This document shows positions 24,748 through 36,636 of a stretch of 64,000 nucleotides of DNA, one piece after another (within the stretch, counting starts at the first letter, position 1; each line of letters begins with the position of its first letter). Origin of the DNA: Novakomyces olei. Lineage: Eukaryota. The notes beneath the pieces were generated by a model that saw nothing but the letters and a program-made list of their open reading frames with translations, was not told the origin of the DNA and did no database searches. The position numbers were made by a program, and so were the translations under genes. The DNA lies in assembly GCA_016906335.1 (NCBI GenBank), contig JADEYG010000007.1, positions 186,001 through 250,000 of the forward strand, written 5' to 3'.

Positions 24748-25868
24748 TCAATACTTCTTGCCGACACCCCCCACGGCAAGCCGATCCGCTTGCTCATTAC
24801 CGAAAACACCAGCATGGCCTCGGACAACACAAACCTCAACCACCTTAGTTTGTCTTGCGTTTCTTTCAGTATCTTGACCTGCGCCTATTTCATTTTCAGC
24901 CTGAGCGATTTTATTAACTGTTTGATCGTAGAGGTCACATAGCAGAGTGACCAAGTCGTGATTCAGAACAGGCTTGCCCGTACTTGTAAGCCAATTATTG
25001 CGCTTCCAATGGTGTCGCCATTCCATCACAGCATTGCGGGTATAAGTCGAGTCTGTAACGATCCTCAAAAGAGGCCAGGGACGGATTAAAGGGCAATTAT
25101 CGCTATCTTTATTCATCTCAAGGTATTGCTGAAGAGCTCTAACGATGGCCTATACTTATGAGTAAGGACGTAAAGGCAGTCTTACCGTTAGCTCGGCCCG
25201 ATTGTTGGTTTGTATATCACCCCTTAGAGGTTCAGAGACATTACTTCAAGTCAGCAAAACACTAGCAGGCGAAAAGCAGTCGAAATAAGTATGTGAATAA
25301 TCCTATAGAAATGTAACGGGGCAAACGACAATTGCAGAAATAAGTGTAACCTCCTTCATGTATGGCAATTATTCATGTATGACGGGTAACGCTTAAACCA
25401 ATACAAAAGAGCAACAAACAGCCACATCTTAAAACAAACTCACTATTTATTATCGTCGTTCCAAAACACACCGACGCCACCAAGAGCACCACGTTGTCCA
25501 TTGCTCACACACGCTCCGTCCGTGTATACAAGCAAAAACTGATCCTGATCGTAAAGAAATCCATCTGCTGAAGTCTTGGGCACAATCGTAGCCGTAATCG
25601 TAACTTGCCGTCGCTTGGTGTTTTGAGCACTGATACTTAGCCGACGTTTGGTGCCTGTCCGCTCTGATTTTGGAGTAGAACTGCCCTTAATAAAGTCCGC
25701 CGCTTCCGTGTGGGACTTGAATTTCTTGAAAAGTGCTCCAGAAAAACCGTCTATTTGCGTCTTGCAGGAAGTCCTTATCGTTTAGTATACGACGAGACGT
25801 AGATTGTACCAGTCAGGGTAAATACCGGGTTTGCGGCCTTTGGCAACGGCATAAAAGGCGCTTGGCAT
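24748..25868 (-). CDS. RNH1: Ribonuclease H1, 4 exons
   Basis: N-terminal hybrid-binding domain FYAVAKGRKPGIY..W; catalytic VYTDGAC, TNNRAELT|A, VTDSTY, GNEQADRLA. Reconstructed across three GT-AG introns; mostly missed by the ORF track. Confidence 0.92.
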
Positions 25869-26188
25869 ACGCGTCACTCTGACAGCGCGCAGCACGCGGA
25901 CAATCAATCGCGTAATGTTCGCTAACTAGTTGTGCATAAGACGCGATGCCTGTCCTCTATGCGTATGCGTATCAGTCTAGTACTAATAGCAGACTGCGAT
26001 AATATGGAAACAATGGATTACGGCTATCATGACGGGAAACACAAGATTCCCCTGCTAATGATGGATTTCATTGCCTTGTATTCAATTTGGAGACAGCTAA
26101 TATTTGCCAGTTGGAATTGATAAATTTACTGACCCCGGATAATCAAAGTGCCAAGTCTACCTCCGCAAATGCTGTATTTGCAAGCCAA

Positions 26189-26280
26189 CTAACCCTAACT
26201 AACCCTAACTATGTTCTGATTGTGAATTGTGTAAATGTAACTACAAATCGTAGGCTAGGGCTAAGATTAAGTTAGGGTTA
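26189..26280. promoter_or_regulatory. Telomere-like AACCCTAACT tandem element plus an inverted TTAGGG copy in the RNH1/TFIIIC divergent promoter
   Basis: CTAACCCTAACTAACCCTAACT at 26189-26210 and GTTAGGGTTA at 26271-26280; the same motif recurs in several other intergenic regions. Confidence 0.6.
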
Positions 26281-26396
26281 ATATCATAAAGGCAGGAGTA
26301 TCGCTATATTTACCTTTATTGTGTCGGCCACAGGTCTTCTTTCCCAATCGGCGATACATGTGTACAGGACAATAGAGCCTTAAGGCTAATGCCGCG

Positions 26397-29300
26397 ATGG
26401 ACAAGGCAGTCGCCTTTGTCATCCAAAATATCGCTTATGATGGCGGCGTTGGTAAGTTGAATATATATTTGAATATCGAACTCAAAAGTCAGGATGCACG
26501 ATAGCACGAGTGAACGTGTTTACAGATGTGTACTTTGCACAACAGAATTCACAAGTGGACGATTCACTACGCGAGTATGTTCTCAAGCAAGTGCTAAAGC
26601 ATCCGTGCACTTTGGTTTACCGTCCGCTGCGGCAGAACGCTAAACAGCTGGACGATTATGAAACAATTTCAAATGATCAGGATTTATTAGGAGACACATC
26701 GGTGCTCATTGGGCTTACGTTTTCAGAGCGCAAAGCCATCTTGCTTGGGCGCGATGCAAACGATAGTATTATGACGGACATGAAGTGGCAGGCTTTGGAA
26801 GCGATTGCACGCTATCGCGGCGGTGGTGATGGTGGCATCGGCCAGAAAACAGTAAGAGACTTGGTGGGAGATCAACCACAAAGTTTCCCTCAGAAAATGG
26901 ATGAGCTTGCCGAAGCAGGCTTCATTGTTAAGCACCGGTCTGGTCTGGGAAAGTCCGATCGATTCACATTACAACTTGCTTGTTTTGCAGCCAACGGTGG
27001 TGCTACTACCACGTCTTCGCTAAGGCAATTAGAGACTGCCGATGGAGGTGTTACAGAGGAGGAGGCACAAAACCGTATTTTGGCTGCACTTCGTGAGGCT
27101 CCATATAATACTTTACCTTGGCTGCGACTACGAGTGCTTACAAGCCTCCAGCCTTCAGCACAATTAGCTTCCGGGTTACGGAGAGCGCATAATGCCCGAC
27201 TGACTCTAGTCTGCCAAATTTTGGAACAGCAAGGAGCGATTAAACGGTTCTGGTTTACACGGCCTGATAAAAGTGGAGGCGACAGATCTTCAAGAGTTCT
27301 ACTTTTACAGCTTACGGAGCGAGGAGGCGCTGCTGCAGAGAGCCTAGCGGAACAAGCACAAATTGCGGCAGCAGACACGGAAATTAGCGATATTAAAGAA
27401 GAGGAAGATGAAGAGGAACCTGTACTAGAGTCTCGAAATACACAAGACGCCGATGAAGTTGTGGAGCTTGATGATATAGGATTTCAGCGTGACTGGCCGA
27501 TTGATGCTCAAATTTATCGTTTAGTTGGAGAAAGTGGCCAAACCGGAATTTCTACTTCCGCTATAAATACAAAGCTTACGGGCCGTCGACGGGAGGGTAT
27601 AGTTAAATATGCATACCGGGCCCTGACTGATTTTTGTTGCTGTAAACTGGCGCCGGATATTCCTGCAAGCATGCACGAGTGCTGCCATGTCAAGTTTGTC
27701 AAGGAGCAATTTGGCAAAATTATAGAGCGAAAATTTCTCCTGGCTCCAGCCTTCAATCTACGAATGAAGATGGCTAGTGCGGGAAACGATGCTTTGCCAG
27801 AGATAAGCATGAAGGATTCATTCGGTGCTTGTGCTTTCCGTGAAGTAAATCCACGTTCGCTGGCTGAATCATTGTCTGGAGAGGCCAATAAAGTGCCAGT
27901 GGCTGGAAAAATGCGTAAACAGGGCACTGGAGAGCTGGATTCCCCACCAATATCAAAACGGACACAGCGAGGACGGCCTCGAAAGGATGCTGCTGCAGCA
28001 AGAAATGATTTGGAGACAGAGGATAGTGGTCCCGGTGAAGAAGGGTCGGGTAAAGCAAAACTTTTGCCAGTAGAATCACCGATCCAACGTGAATCTGTAC
28101 CTCTTAGCAACAGCCTTGCAAGCCCTGCAAGCCTTGCAGGCCCTGCCAGCCCTGCCCTACTAGTTGAAAGCCAGCAAAAAAGCAGGGGCCGGCCTCGCAA
28201 GTTTCCGCAAAATTACAATTATCGTATGAAACGGCCATACACGGAGGAAGAATTGGAAGCACGGAGGGCCACTGAGGAGCAAGCAGAAAAACGCCGGGCG
28301 GAGAAATCAGAGCTGCATCGACAGGCCTCGCTCAAGGCTCAGCAGACCCTGGCTGAGCGGCGACAGAGAACTCTAAAGGGCAATATGGATCTGGAGGAAT
28401 CAGAGCAAGTAGTCTCAGCGCCCTCGTGTTCATCAGAATCTATGTCTTCGCCAGGAGGCCGGCCTCGTCGGGCAGTGCGGATGCCACAGTTCCGTCAAGA
28501 AAATTTTATCGAGGCCATAGCCGATTTAAGCGATGACGAGGAGAACGAGGCGCGTGACCAATCACAATCACGCGAAAATTTGGTATCAGATTCAAGGCTG
28601 ATTGGCCAAGTAAACACAAACAAGAATGGAAAGGGGTACACTGAGAACAGTGATAAAGGCAACAGAGAGAATAGTTTTATATTGCCCACGAATATTCAGC
28701 AACAGGATCCGGCTGAAGATGAATACACTGATGCAAAAGACAATGGGAGTAGTGCAACGGCGACCAACACTGGCCATACTCCAATCAGCAATTATCGTGA
28801 TAATTGTAAACATAGTAACGGCGCTGTCAGGCCCTCTCTGCGAGACAGACGTTCAGGCAATGATGCATCATCGTGGACAAACAATTTGGCCCTCGTTGAC
28901 CGTCGACAGGCAGTTCTTTTGGCGTTGCAAGACTTGGACGGAGTCGCGGAAATGTCTCCGGCTTTTTACGATCGCGTGGCTGATCAATTAGCCTCAAGAA
29001 TTGCCCTGAGAGATCAATTAGCCGCGACTTTTCGTATTGATGCTAGAACAGTGCGCAATACAGTCACCCATCTGGAACAAACAGGTGACGTCAGACGCAT
29101 TACTCTTCAAGGACCCGTGGTGCTAGATGCAACGTCCGCGAGACAACACAATCATCGTCGACATATGGTTGCCCTGGCCAGTGTCGAGGACGAGAACCAT
29201 CCGGCCCTTGAAGCTATGCGTGCTGTTTTACGAGGCACTCGACCAGAAAGCACTGGTGCCAAACCAGACCTGACGGCAGAAGAGAGAGATCTTGCGTCCA

Positions 29301-31298
29301 AGGCTGTTGCTTCTGCTCGGCCAAGTAGCAGTGCGAGCCTTAGAAACAAAGATGCAAGCTATTCCTTAGACAGCGAGGCCACTTATTCCCGACGTGGTTC
29401 GACGACAAATAAAACTGCTCCGGGTTCAGGTTACACGGCGAGTGATAGTGGATCTGAGTATGAGGAACCTACCGCTAAAGTTCGCAAATCTAAACCACAT
29501 AAATCCCTATCAAGTGAAGCTAAAGTGCCTGCGCTACGAAGGCAAGCACGTGTCCGTCGGGAAATAAGCGACCGAAGACGGCGTGAGCAATTGACGACAA
29601 TTAAGCACGAAGAAAATGGCATCGCAACCGACGCAGAGCCTTCGCAATTGCCTCGATCTGCCGGATTGGCTTCGTTGACTAAACGGACGGCTATTTCAGC
29701 TGAAGCAGAGGCCTTTATTGTGCGTGGTGTCTCCATATTACACGTTTTATATGGACGCGGACCTTCTCATCGTGTGCCCTGGTCGCAGATTGTTCCCCAT
29801 TTCCCTCAGTACGAGCCCCACGAGCTTCGTATGCGCTACAAGGTTCTCTCTGCCCGGCCAAGATATCGGGCGATTGCCCAGTTTCTGGCTTCGTATTTTC
29901 CTCGAATGTATAGCACTCTAGTAGCACAGGGCCGATTGGACCAGGCTCCGGAGGACTCTGCAAGTTTGCCCTTGGAAGAGTACGTTGCTGCCTCTAGTCT
30001 GGCTATTGCTCTTCCATCAGACGAGGATAATGACGCACAGCAGCAGCATGCTATTGGCCTTCCACAGACACTCGCAGAACTGGAATCTCATTACGTCGTA
30101 GAGCCGGATCATAGTGCAATTGACAATGTGCCCGCGACTTTCAAGTCGGCCGTGGGAAAGTATGGTATTATTCTAGACGAGAACTGCTCCGTGCGTAAGA
30201 AGAAGCAAGTTCTTCAAGATTCAGCCGATGTTGTCGATTTAGAATGGAGTTTTGTTGGTGGACAAGGAAATCAAGGAAATCCGGATGTGGCCTGTCAAGA
30301 TCGTTTACACACTGAAACCACAAGAAAACCCGGAAAAATTGCTCTTGATCGTGAGGCGCAAGCAATTGTCAAATCGCTGATGCTGGCTCCGGCCAGTATG
30401 AACCAGCCAGAGCGGGCTCTTGCCCGGCTGCAGTCCCTGCAGGAGCAGGTGGACATGGTGGCTTTGATTAAAAGAATGCGAAGCTCGGACATTGTTAAGC
30501 GTGTTGGTGAGGATCGAAAAGTTCCTGGCAGTCAGTACGAGCCTACTGCCCGGTTTGCAGACCGACTCGAACGGTTAATTGTTCCGGTGGCCACAGTAGC
30601 GGCAGAGGCATCTGCGTTTTCTGTACGCGTGGAAAAGCAGGATATCAATGTCCAAGAGCTGGCAAGAGGAGGTGTTTTGTCTGTGCTTTTACGTACTGTA
30701 TTTACGGATGCAATTAAACTTGATATTGCTCGGCCTGTGTGGAGTGAAGGGCCAATGCTTGAGGCTTACAAGGCTAAATCGCTGGACCGAGAACTCATTG
30801 ATTTCCCTGTTGTTGCTAGAAAAATGCCGGCAACGTCTGGGCAACCAGGGCTGCCTTCAAGCTACGTTGAGAGACTACGAGTACCACCGCCCGCTGCGGA
30901 TGATGAGCGAGTCCAGCCTCAGTTTTGGAGGGCCTTGTGCGTGGAGGGTACGCCTTTAATACCAGGATTATGGCAGCGGCTTGTTTTTGCGCTAGTGTCG
31001 ATTGTGACTGCTCATCCACGAATACCGATCGTACGTGTGCATTTCTATTTTATTCTGTTGATTTTGTCTTTAGTTCGTATACACTTTTTCGTTGACCGTT
31101 TATTGAACTGAAGTCATTTATTTATTATTAACCGAATTTCTTTTCAGAATGGCTGCTAAATATCAGGAACGACTACAGCGAATGGTGGAACCGGTATTGG
31201 AACCTTACGAACTGCAAGCAATTCTCGGCTATCTTTCTAGTGTGAAGGAGCCGTTGCTGCAAATCAAAGACGGCCAAGTGGAGCCGTTATTATTTTAA
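26397..31298 (+). CDS. TFIIIC B-block-binding subunit tau138 (Tfc3/Sfc3-like), 3 exons
   Basis: N-terminus MDKAVAFVIQNIAYDGGV|GCT, winged-helix-like segments, RGRPRK AT-hooks, about 1600 aa; last exon ERLQRMVEPVLEPYELQAILGYL after intron 31031-31166. Confidence 0.75.
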
Positions 31299-31906
31299 AC
31301 TGAATTTGTACATAGAACAAGGATAAATATAGTAACGGGGCGTTTGATGGTTTTCAATATTTTGCTTTGTTTCAAGGACAGCGCATTGCTATGTAGAAGT
31401 AACTAACACAACGAGGCAGTGACGGAGAGGCGGAAAGCTTAATGGTTATTTCTATGTCCAGGAAATCATGAGTGACAGCCAGCGTTTTTGAGATGGCAAT
31501 ATCCCAAGATAGTCAACCGCATTGCGGCACAGTACGTTAACTCTAACGAGGCTTATATATTTAACCTCTGGATGACCAAAGAAGCAGAAAAGATGTTGAT
31601 AAAAAAATACGATCACCATCAACTTAAGCAACAAAGAAGGATGTATTAAATTGTAGAGTAGAAAGCTTATTTATTTTAACTATCAGACTAAATTTGATTA
31701 GCTTGGTAAATATTTATTAATTACTAAAGTCCTCTGCGAACCCAGCGAGATAGATAGTCACCAATCGCTAGGCTCTTCAATTTTACGTATACTTTATGCT
31801 AGAAAGCTATTGAAGTTAATGAAAGATTTTTGATGTTTTAAAATTTTAAAAATATTTCTTTTATTTTCCGACGTATTTACTTGTTTTCATTTTACAATTA
31901 CGACGA

Positions 31907-32128
31907 TCAGTCAGAAGCTTTGCGTGCCTCTTGCTCATGTACAGGCTTCGGAGTGTAGCCAAGTCGAAAGATAGCAGCTGTTAGCAAAGAGTAGCCTAGC
32001 AAGCTAACAGCAAATTTCTGTAACTTTGTTGGAGCAGCCTGACGTTGCCGTAGAGCCAAAATGCCGAGTGCACCGGATGCCCCTGCACCGATGAGTCGGC
32101 AAGACGTGCAGTCGTAATGTTCGGACAT
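31907..32128 (-). CDS. Small membrane protein, DUF4536/DMAC1-like
   Basis: DCTSCRLIGAG motif followed by two short hydrophobic segments; 73 aa. Confidence 0.7.
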   Translation of the reverse strand: MSEHYDCTSCRLIGAGASGALGILALRQRQAAPTKLQKFAVSLLGYSLLTAAIFRLGYTPKPVHEQEARKASD

Positions 32129-32794
32129 GACCTTATTCCCTTTTCCGACTAGCGAATGTTTGAAGGAAAGTTTGCAAATTAATTAAGCAGTAGACAACTT
32201 GTAGAGATACTAGTCGGATTAACGTGAATACAACTAATGAAGTTGACAAGGCGCGGTTACGCAGACAGATCTTATGCCATTGCCGAACATAAGCGTATAG
32301 TTGTACGGGCCGTCACCGATCGTGCCGAGCGAGGTGCAGAGAGGGCTACTTTTGAAATGGACAATAAGAAATGGAAAGGGTTAGGGTTGGTCAAGCTGGC
32401 TAATTTTCATTTTACTTTTTTACCCGACTTCATTTTTTTCAATTACAACTTAATATTATTATTATTTATAGTACAGAATACTTGCCGTTGTCCTCTCTGG
32501 TAATAGAGGTAAAAAACCTTTTGAAACCTTCAATTAAAGATCAGTAACCCAATAACCCCGATTAAGTTCTTACTTTTGACTAGGAGATATTACCGTTCCT
32601 GCATTCAAGTTATTGGAAGGGGGGATTTATTAATAAAACACGAGACACGAAAGCCATATTCTCAGATTTCGGCAAATATATTAGGGTCATTTTTAAGCAA
32701 TGCTGCTGCAAGCGAAGGTAGCCAAGATAATTGTAAGACGGGACAGAAGAGACTGAACTATTAGAGCCGTCTGTCGTGTTGTCCTGGACGTATC

Positions 32795-34057
32795 ATGTCT
32801 ACAAAAACCAGTGAATATCCGCTTGAACGCGTCACAAGTGGCCGTTCTACTTCTCCGCCTCGTTCAGATCACGATCAGACTCCTATCAGCACCGACACAG
32901 AACAAGTGCCGTCGCGAACGCGTGTCATAGCCACCGTTTGCTTTCATATCGCGACTGCTTCAAGTGTAAGTTCCATTGACGAGCGTTTAAGAATGAAGAC
33001 AGTGCTACAGCTCTTGCAAAATCTAGCAATCGACAATGGCACAGTCGCTAAAGATTTAGGTGACTTTAACGAACAAAGCAGCGTTAGATGCTGTGCGGGC
33101 ACCACTCACGCTTTTAGTGCTGCAAATGTTTATAAGCATTGCGTGCATGTGGGGCGCTTACGGTTGCGGCGTTGCAGGCAGGCCTCCCGTGTTATTAGAT
33201 GGAAAGTTATTACGCGTCTATGCTCCTTTGATTGCAGTCAAGGTCATTGCCCTTGTATCAAAGACGTACTGCCTTGCGTTTGTGGCTGCTTCGTTCTATC
33301 AGATCGTGCGAGGCCTGCTACTACCAATGACTGTTTTAATGTCGTACATGTTTCTTGCCTCCAAACCATCAGTAGCGTCTCTGGGACCGATTGCTATCGT
33401 ATGTGCTGGGTTCATATTTGGCATCCATGACCAGTTTGGCTCTTCTGTTGGCCTTGTTGGTGTTTTACTCGGGGTTTGGTCTTCGTTCACTACAGCTTGT
33501 GATTCTATCATTGTAAAAAAGTATACTTCAGAGATCAAAATCCCTGTGCTAGACATGGTTTATATGACGAGCGTTGGCATTGCCGTGTCACTTGTGCCAA
33601 TGATTCTGCTCAGTACAGAGACCGCGTTTTGGCTGGCTCCACGACAATATGTAGCTGCTTCATTACCAGAGGGCACGGAGTCAGAATCTTCAAACTTGTT
33701 GACCTTTGGAATTCAGGTTATTTTGTCCGTAAGAAAAGGCCCCAAGATTATTATTCTTTTATTATTTGCAATGCTTACACTGACCTTGCTCAGGGATTTT
33801 TAACTTTTCTTGTTAATATTGCCGCCTTTTTACAGATAAAGGTAACTTCACCTACGACTCATATGATCTCGACTGCGTTTCGAGGTATTTTGCAATCTCT
33901 GCTGGCAGTGCTATTGCTTCATGAGACGCTCAACCTATCAAAGTGGTTGTCAATCGCGGCTATTCTAGCCGGAACCGTTGCTTACACGTACGTAAAGGAG
34001 CTTGAACGACGTCGTAAAGAACGTATGACTGCGCCGACTATCCAGCATATTGCATAG
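32795..34057 (+). CDS. SLC35/TPT-family nucleotide-sugar transporter (GDP-fucose transporter-like), 3 exons
   Basis: S|VTLTNK, ASFYQIVRGLLLP, FLQIKVTSPTTHMIS motifs; multiple TM helices; two GT-AG introns. Confidence 0.82.
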
Positions 34058-34539
34058 ATATCGCTTGCGGGCGATTTCCTTGTGCCCAATTTTGTATGTA
34101 CGTAAACCCTGCACATTTTGCTGTATAATCTATTGTATAATAGACGATGGGTGTACCTCTAGATAGTTTTGTACGAATCGATGTATGATAATTAATAATT
34201 TTGGAAAGAAGGATTGATAAGCTCTGTTTCGTCTCGAAAGAGTTGGATAAAATAACGATGAAAGAGTAAAGATGAAGTGATCAAAATGAGATAGTGAAGA
34301 CATGTCTGTCTACATGCGCTTTGTTTTTCGACTGTTGAATGCAGCAGCTGCACAGAATAAAGCGCGTTGCTGTTGGACTGATACACTTCTGGCACTGAAG
34401 AAAGAGTATATAATATCTTGTGGAGCACAATTTCCGAATACAGTAATGATAGTGATATTTCCAAGTAAAATATATAAAAAATTAAAAATTGAAAAATAAA
34501 ATACAAAATAAAAAATTGAAAAAAATCCTGTTGCCAGAC

Positions 34540-36246
34540 ATGAGCGAGGTGGGATTACAAGAACGAAAGGGCAAAGAAAGAGACGCAGGCGACAGGTCGG
34601 ATCTCAATGGCAAAAATGAACCCAGTCAGAGTCAAGGGCGCCACAACATTGGCCGGATAGACGGCAATGACGACAGTGATGAGATAGATAACGACGACGA
34701 TGAAGGGGAAGAGAATGATGATGACTGGACAGATTTTGAGGGAGAAGATGCCGTTTTCAAAGACTTGTTCAGTGATCGTACTTTTGCAAGCAAAGACGCG
34801 TTATTAGATTCTTGCCGGCGAGATCATGGCTTCAATCTAGAAGAGCATTTGAATCAGCTCGATGAGTTTAGTCGGATCAAGCTGGTCAATTACGTGCGTG
34901 CCTGTGTTCGCGATGGTATTGACCCTGCTCCAGGATTAAATGACGCAGTCTTCCTTGCTGGGGATGAATATTTAAAGCCAGTCCTAGAAGACGATGCATT
35001 GCTGTATAATCTGGCATCAGATGACGAAGACGAGGAAGAGCGAGACGCTAAAACATCAGATTCGCATGACAGTAAATTGCTTTCAGCTCGGCTCAAACGT
35101 TTGGAGCTGCAATTTTCAGAGTACCGTGATCGTGTGCGAGCAGTACTGGAAGAGCGTGAGAGCGCTGCCCCAGAAACTGAGAGCAATAGCAATAGCAAGC
35201 TTAGGGATAATGACGAGAATGACCGTCTTTATTTCGAGGCATATTCCTACAACGACATTCATGAAACAATGCTCAAAGACACACTGCGCACAGAAGCATA
35301 CCGTGATTTCATCTACGACAACAAACCTTTGTTTCGGGATCGGGTGGTTCTAGACGTTGGTTGCGGTACTGGCGTACTGAGCATGTTTGCTGCTCGTGCC
35401 GGTGCTCGACGCGTGTACGCTATAGACAATTCAGCAGTTATTGACAAAGCTCGGCAAAACGTTATGGACAACGGTCTCGACTCCGTTATCACATGCATCC
35501 GTGGGCGGATGGAGGACGTTGTACTGCCAGAACCTCAAGTTGACGTCATCATCAGCGAATGGATGGGGTATGCTCTTTTGTTTGAGGCGATGCTGGACTC
35601 TGTTATTAGCGCACGTGATCGGTACCTGGCGCCTTCAGGGCTAATCGTCCCGGGACAGACCAGCATTATGCTGGCCCCGGCCAATTGCCAAGAATTGGTC
35701 GGCGATACCATCGATTTTTGGCGTAATGTCTACGGGTTCCGAATGGACGCTATGCGCAGTGGCATTTGCGCAGAGCCCATTGTTCAGCACATGCCAGCTC
35801 ATACGCTAATGGCTCCAGCGCTTCCAGTACGCGAAATTGATCTCGCCCGTGTAACTGTATCGGATCTTGAGTTTACGGCTCCTTTTTCATTTACAATCGC
35901 CACGGACAATGAACCGTTACTAGCGTTTTATGTGTGGTTTGATGCTTTTTTTGTGCCGCCCACAGATACTGTCAACGGTACAAGCGTTGTGCTTACTACT
36001 GGTCCTAATGACGATGCTCGGCGTGCTACTCATTGGCGGCAAGCAGTTTTGCTGCTTGATCCAGAAACTGTGCCAGAGTATAACAAAGGGCTGCCTAGTG
36101 GCACAATTGTAGAGGGAAGTATTGGGTTCCACAAGGACAAGAAGAACCCGAGGGAGCTTGCCATTAGCGTTGACTACCGTGTGCAGATCGCAGGCGCCGC
36201 AATGGCCAATGATAAGGTACACGCACAATCATTTCACCTGCGGTAG
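34540..36246 (+). CDS. RMT3: Type I protein arginine methyltransferase PRMT3/Rmt3
   Basis: YFEAYS..IHETMLKD..RT..Y, VLDVGCGTGVLS, IISEWMGYALLFEAML and THW loop; N-terminal PRMT3-type region IKLVNYVR...YLKPVLEDDALL. Confidence 0.9.
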   Translation: MSEVGLQERKGKERDAGDRSDLNGKNEPSQSQGRHNIGRIDGNDDSDEIDNDDDEGEENDDDWTDFEGEDAVFKDLFSDRTFASKDALLDSCRRDHGFNLEEHLNQLDEFSRIKLVNYVRACVRDGIDPAPGLNDAVFLAGDEYLKPVLEDDALLYNLASDDEDEEERDAKTSDSHDSKLLSARLKRLELQFSEYRDRVRAVLEERESAAPETESNSNSKLRDNDENDRLYFEAYSYNDIHETMLKDTLRTEAYRDFIYDNKPLFRDRVVLDVGCGTGVLSMFAARAGARRVYAIDNSAVIDKARQNVMDNGLDSVITCIRGRMEDVVLPEPQVDVIISEWMGYALLFEAMLDSVISARDRYLAPSGLIVPGQTSIMLAPANCQELVGDTIDFWRNVYGFRMDAMRSGICAEPIVQHMPAHTLMAPALPVREIDLARVTVSDLEFTAPFSFTIATDNEPLLAFYVWFDAFFVPPTDTVNGTSVVLTTGPNDDARRATHWRQAVLLLDPETVPEYNKGLPSGTIVEGSIGFHKDKKNPRELAISVDYRVQIAGAAMANDKVHAQSFHLR

Positions 36247-36636
36247 ACGATTAACTTGGCTTGTGCTGAGTAGCTAGAGCTTTATAGGATTTTGGAAATA
36301 CGCTTGGCTTACTCATGCACCAAACATCATTTTTGTTTATGATCATGGTAATTAGGAATGCATCATTATTAATGCAATTGGGCTTCGACCGGTGTATAGG
36401 CTACTATTACTGAGAAAGATAAAAAATTGATCCATTTAAAACTTTTATGAATGCAAAACCGCATTGTCACTTTTGACAATTTTCGTAAACGCCAGTCGCT
36501 AGAAAACCCTAACTAACCCTAACATGTAAATTAACCCTAAACCCTGTTAGAATTATCCAAACCCTATCGTTCAAAGGCAAGTCAAGCAGAGTTATGGTCA
36601 TGGCTCAGCGGGCTAATGCCAGTAACGGGCGTTATA

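Noticed and set aside
24748-25116. RNase H segment as a retrotransposon remnant
   Set aside because: It splices to an N-terminal hybrid-binding domain to form cellular RNase H1; no RT, integrase or LTR is nearby.
26189-26210. CTAACCCTAAC as a telomerase RNA template
   Set aside because: The same motif recurs in at least six intergenic regions in both orientations, which fits a DNA-binding site better; no TER structure was recognised.
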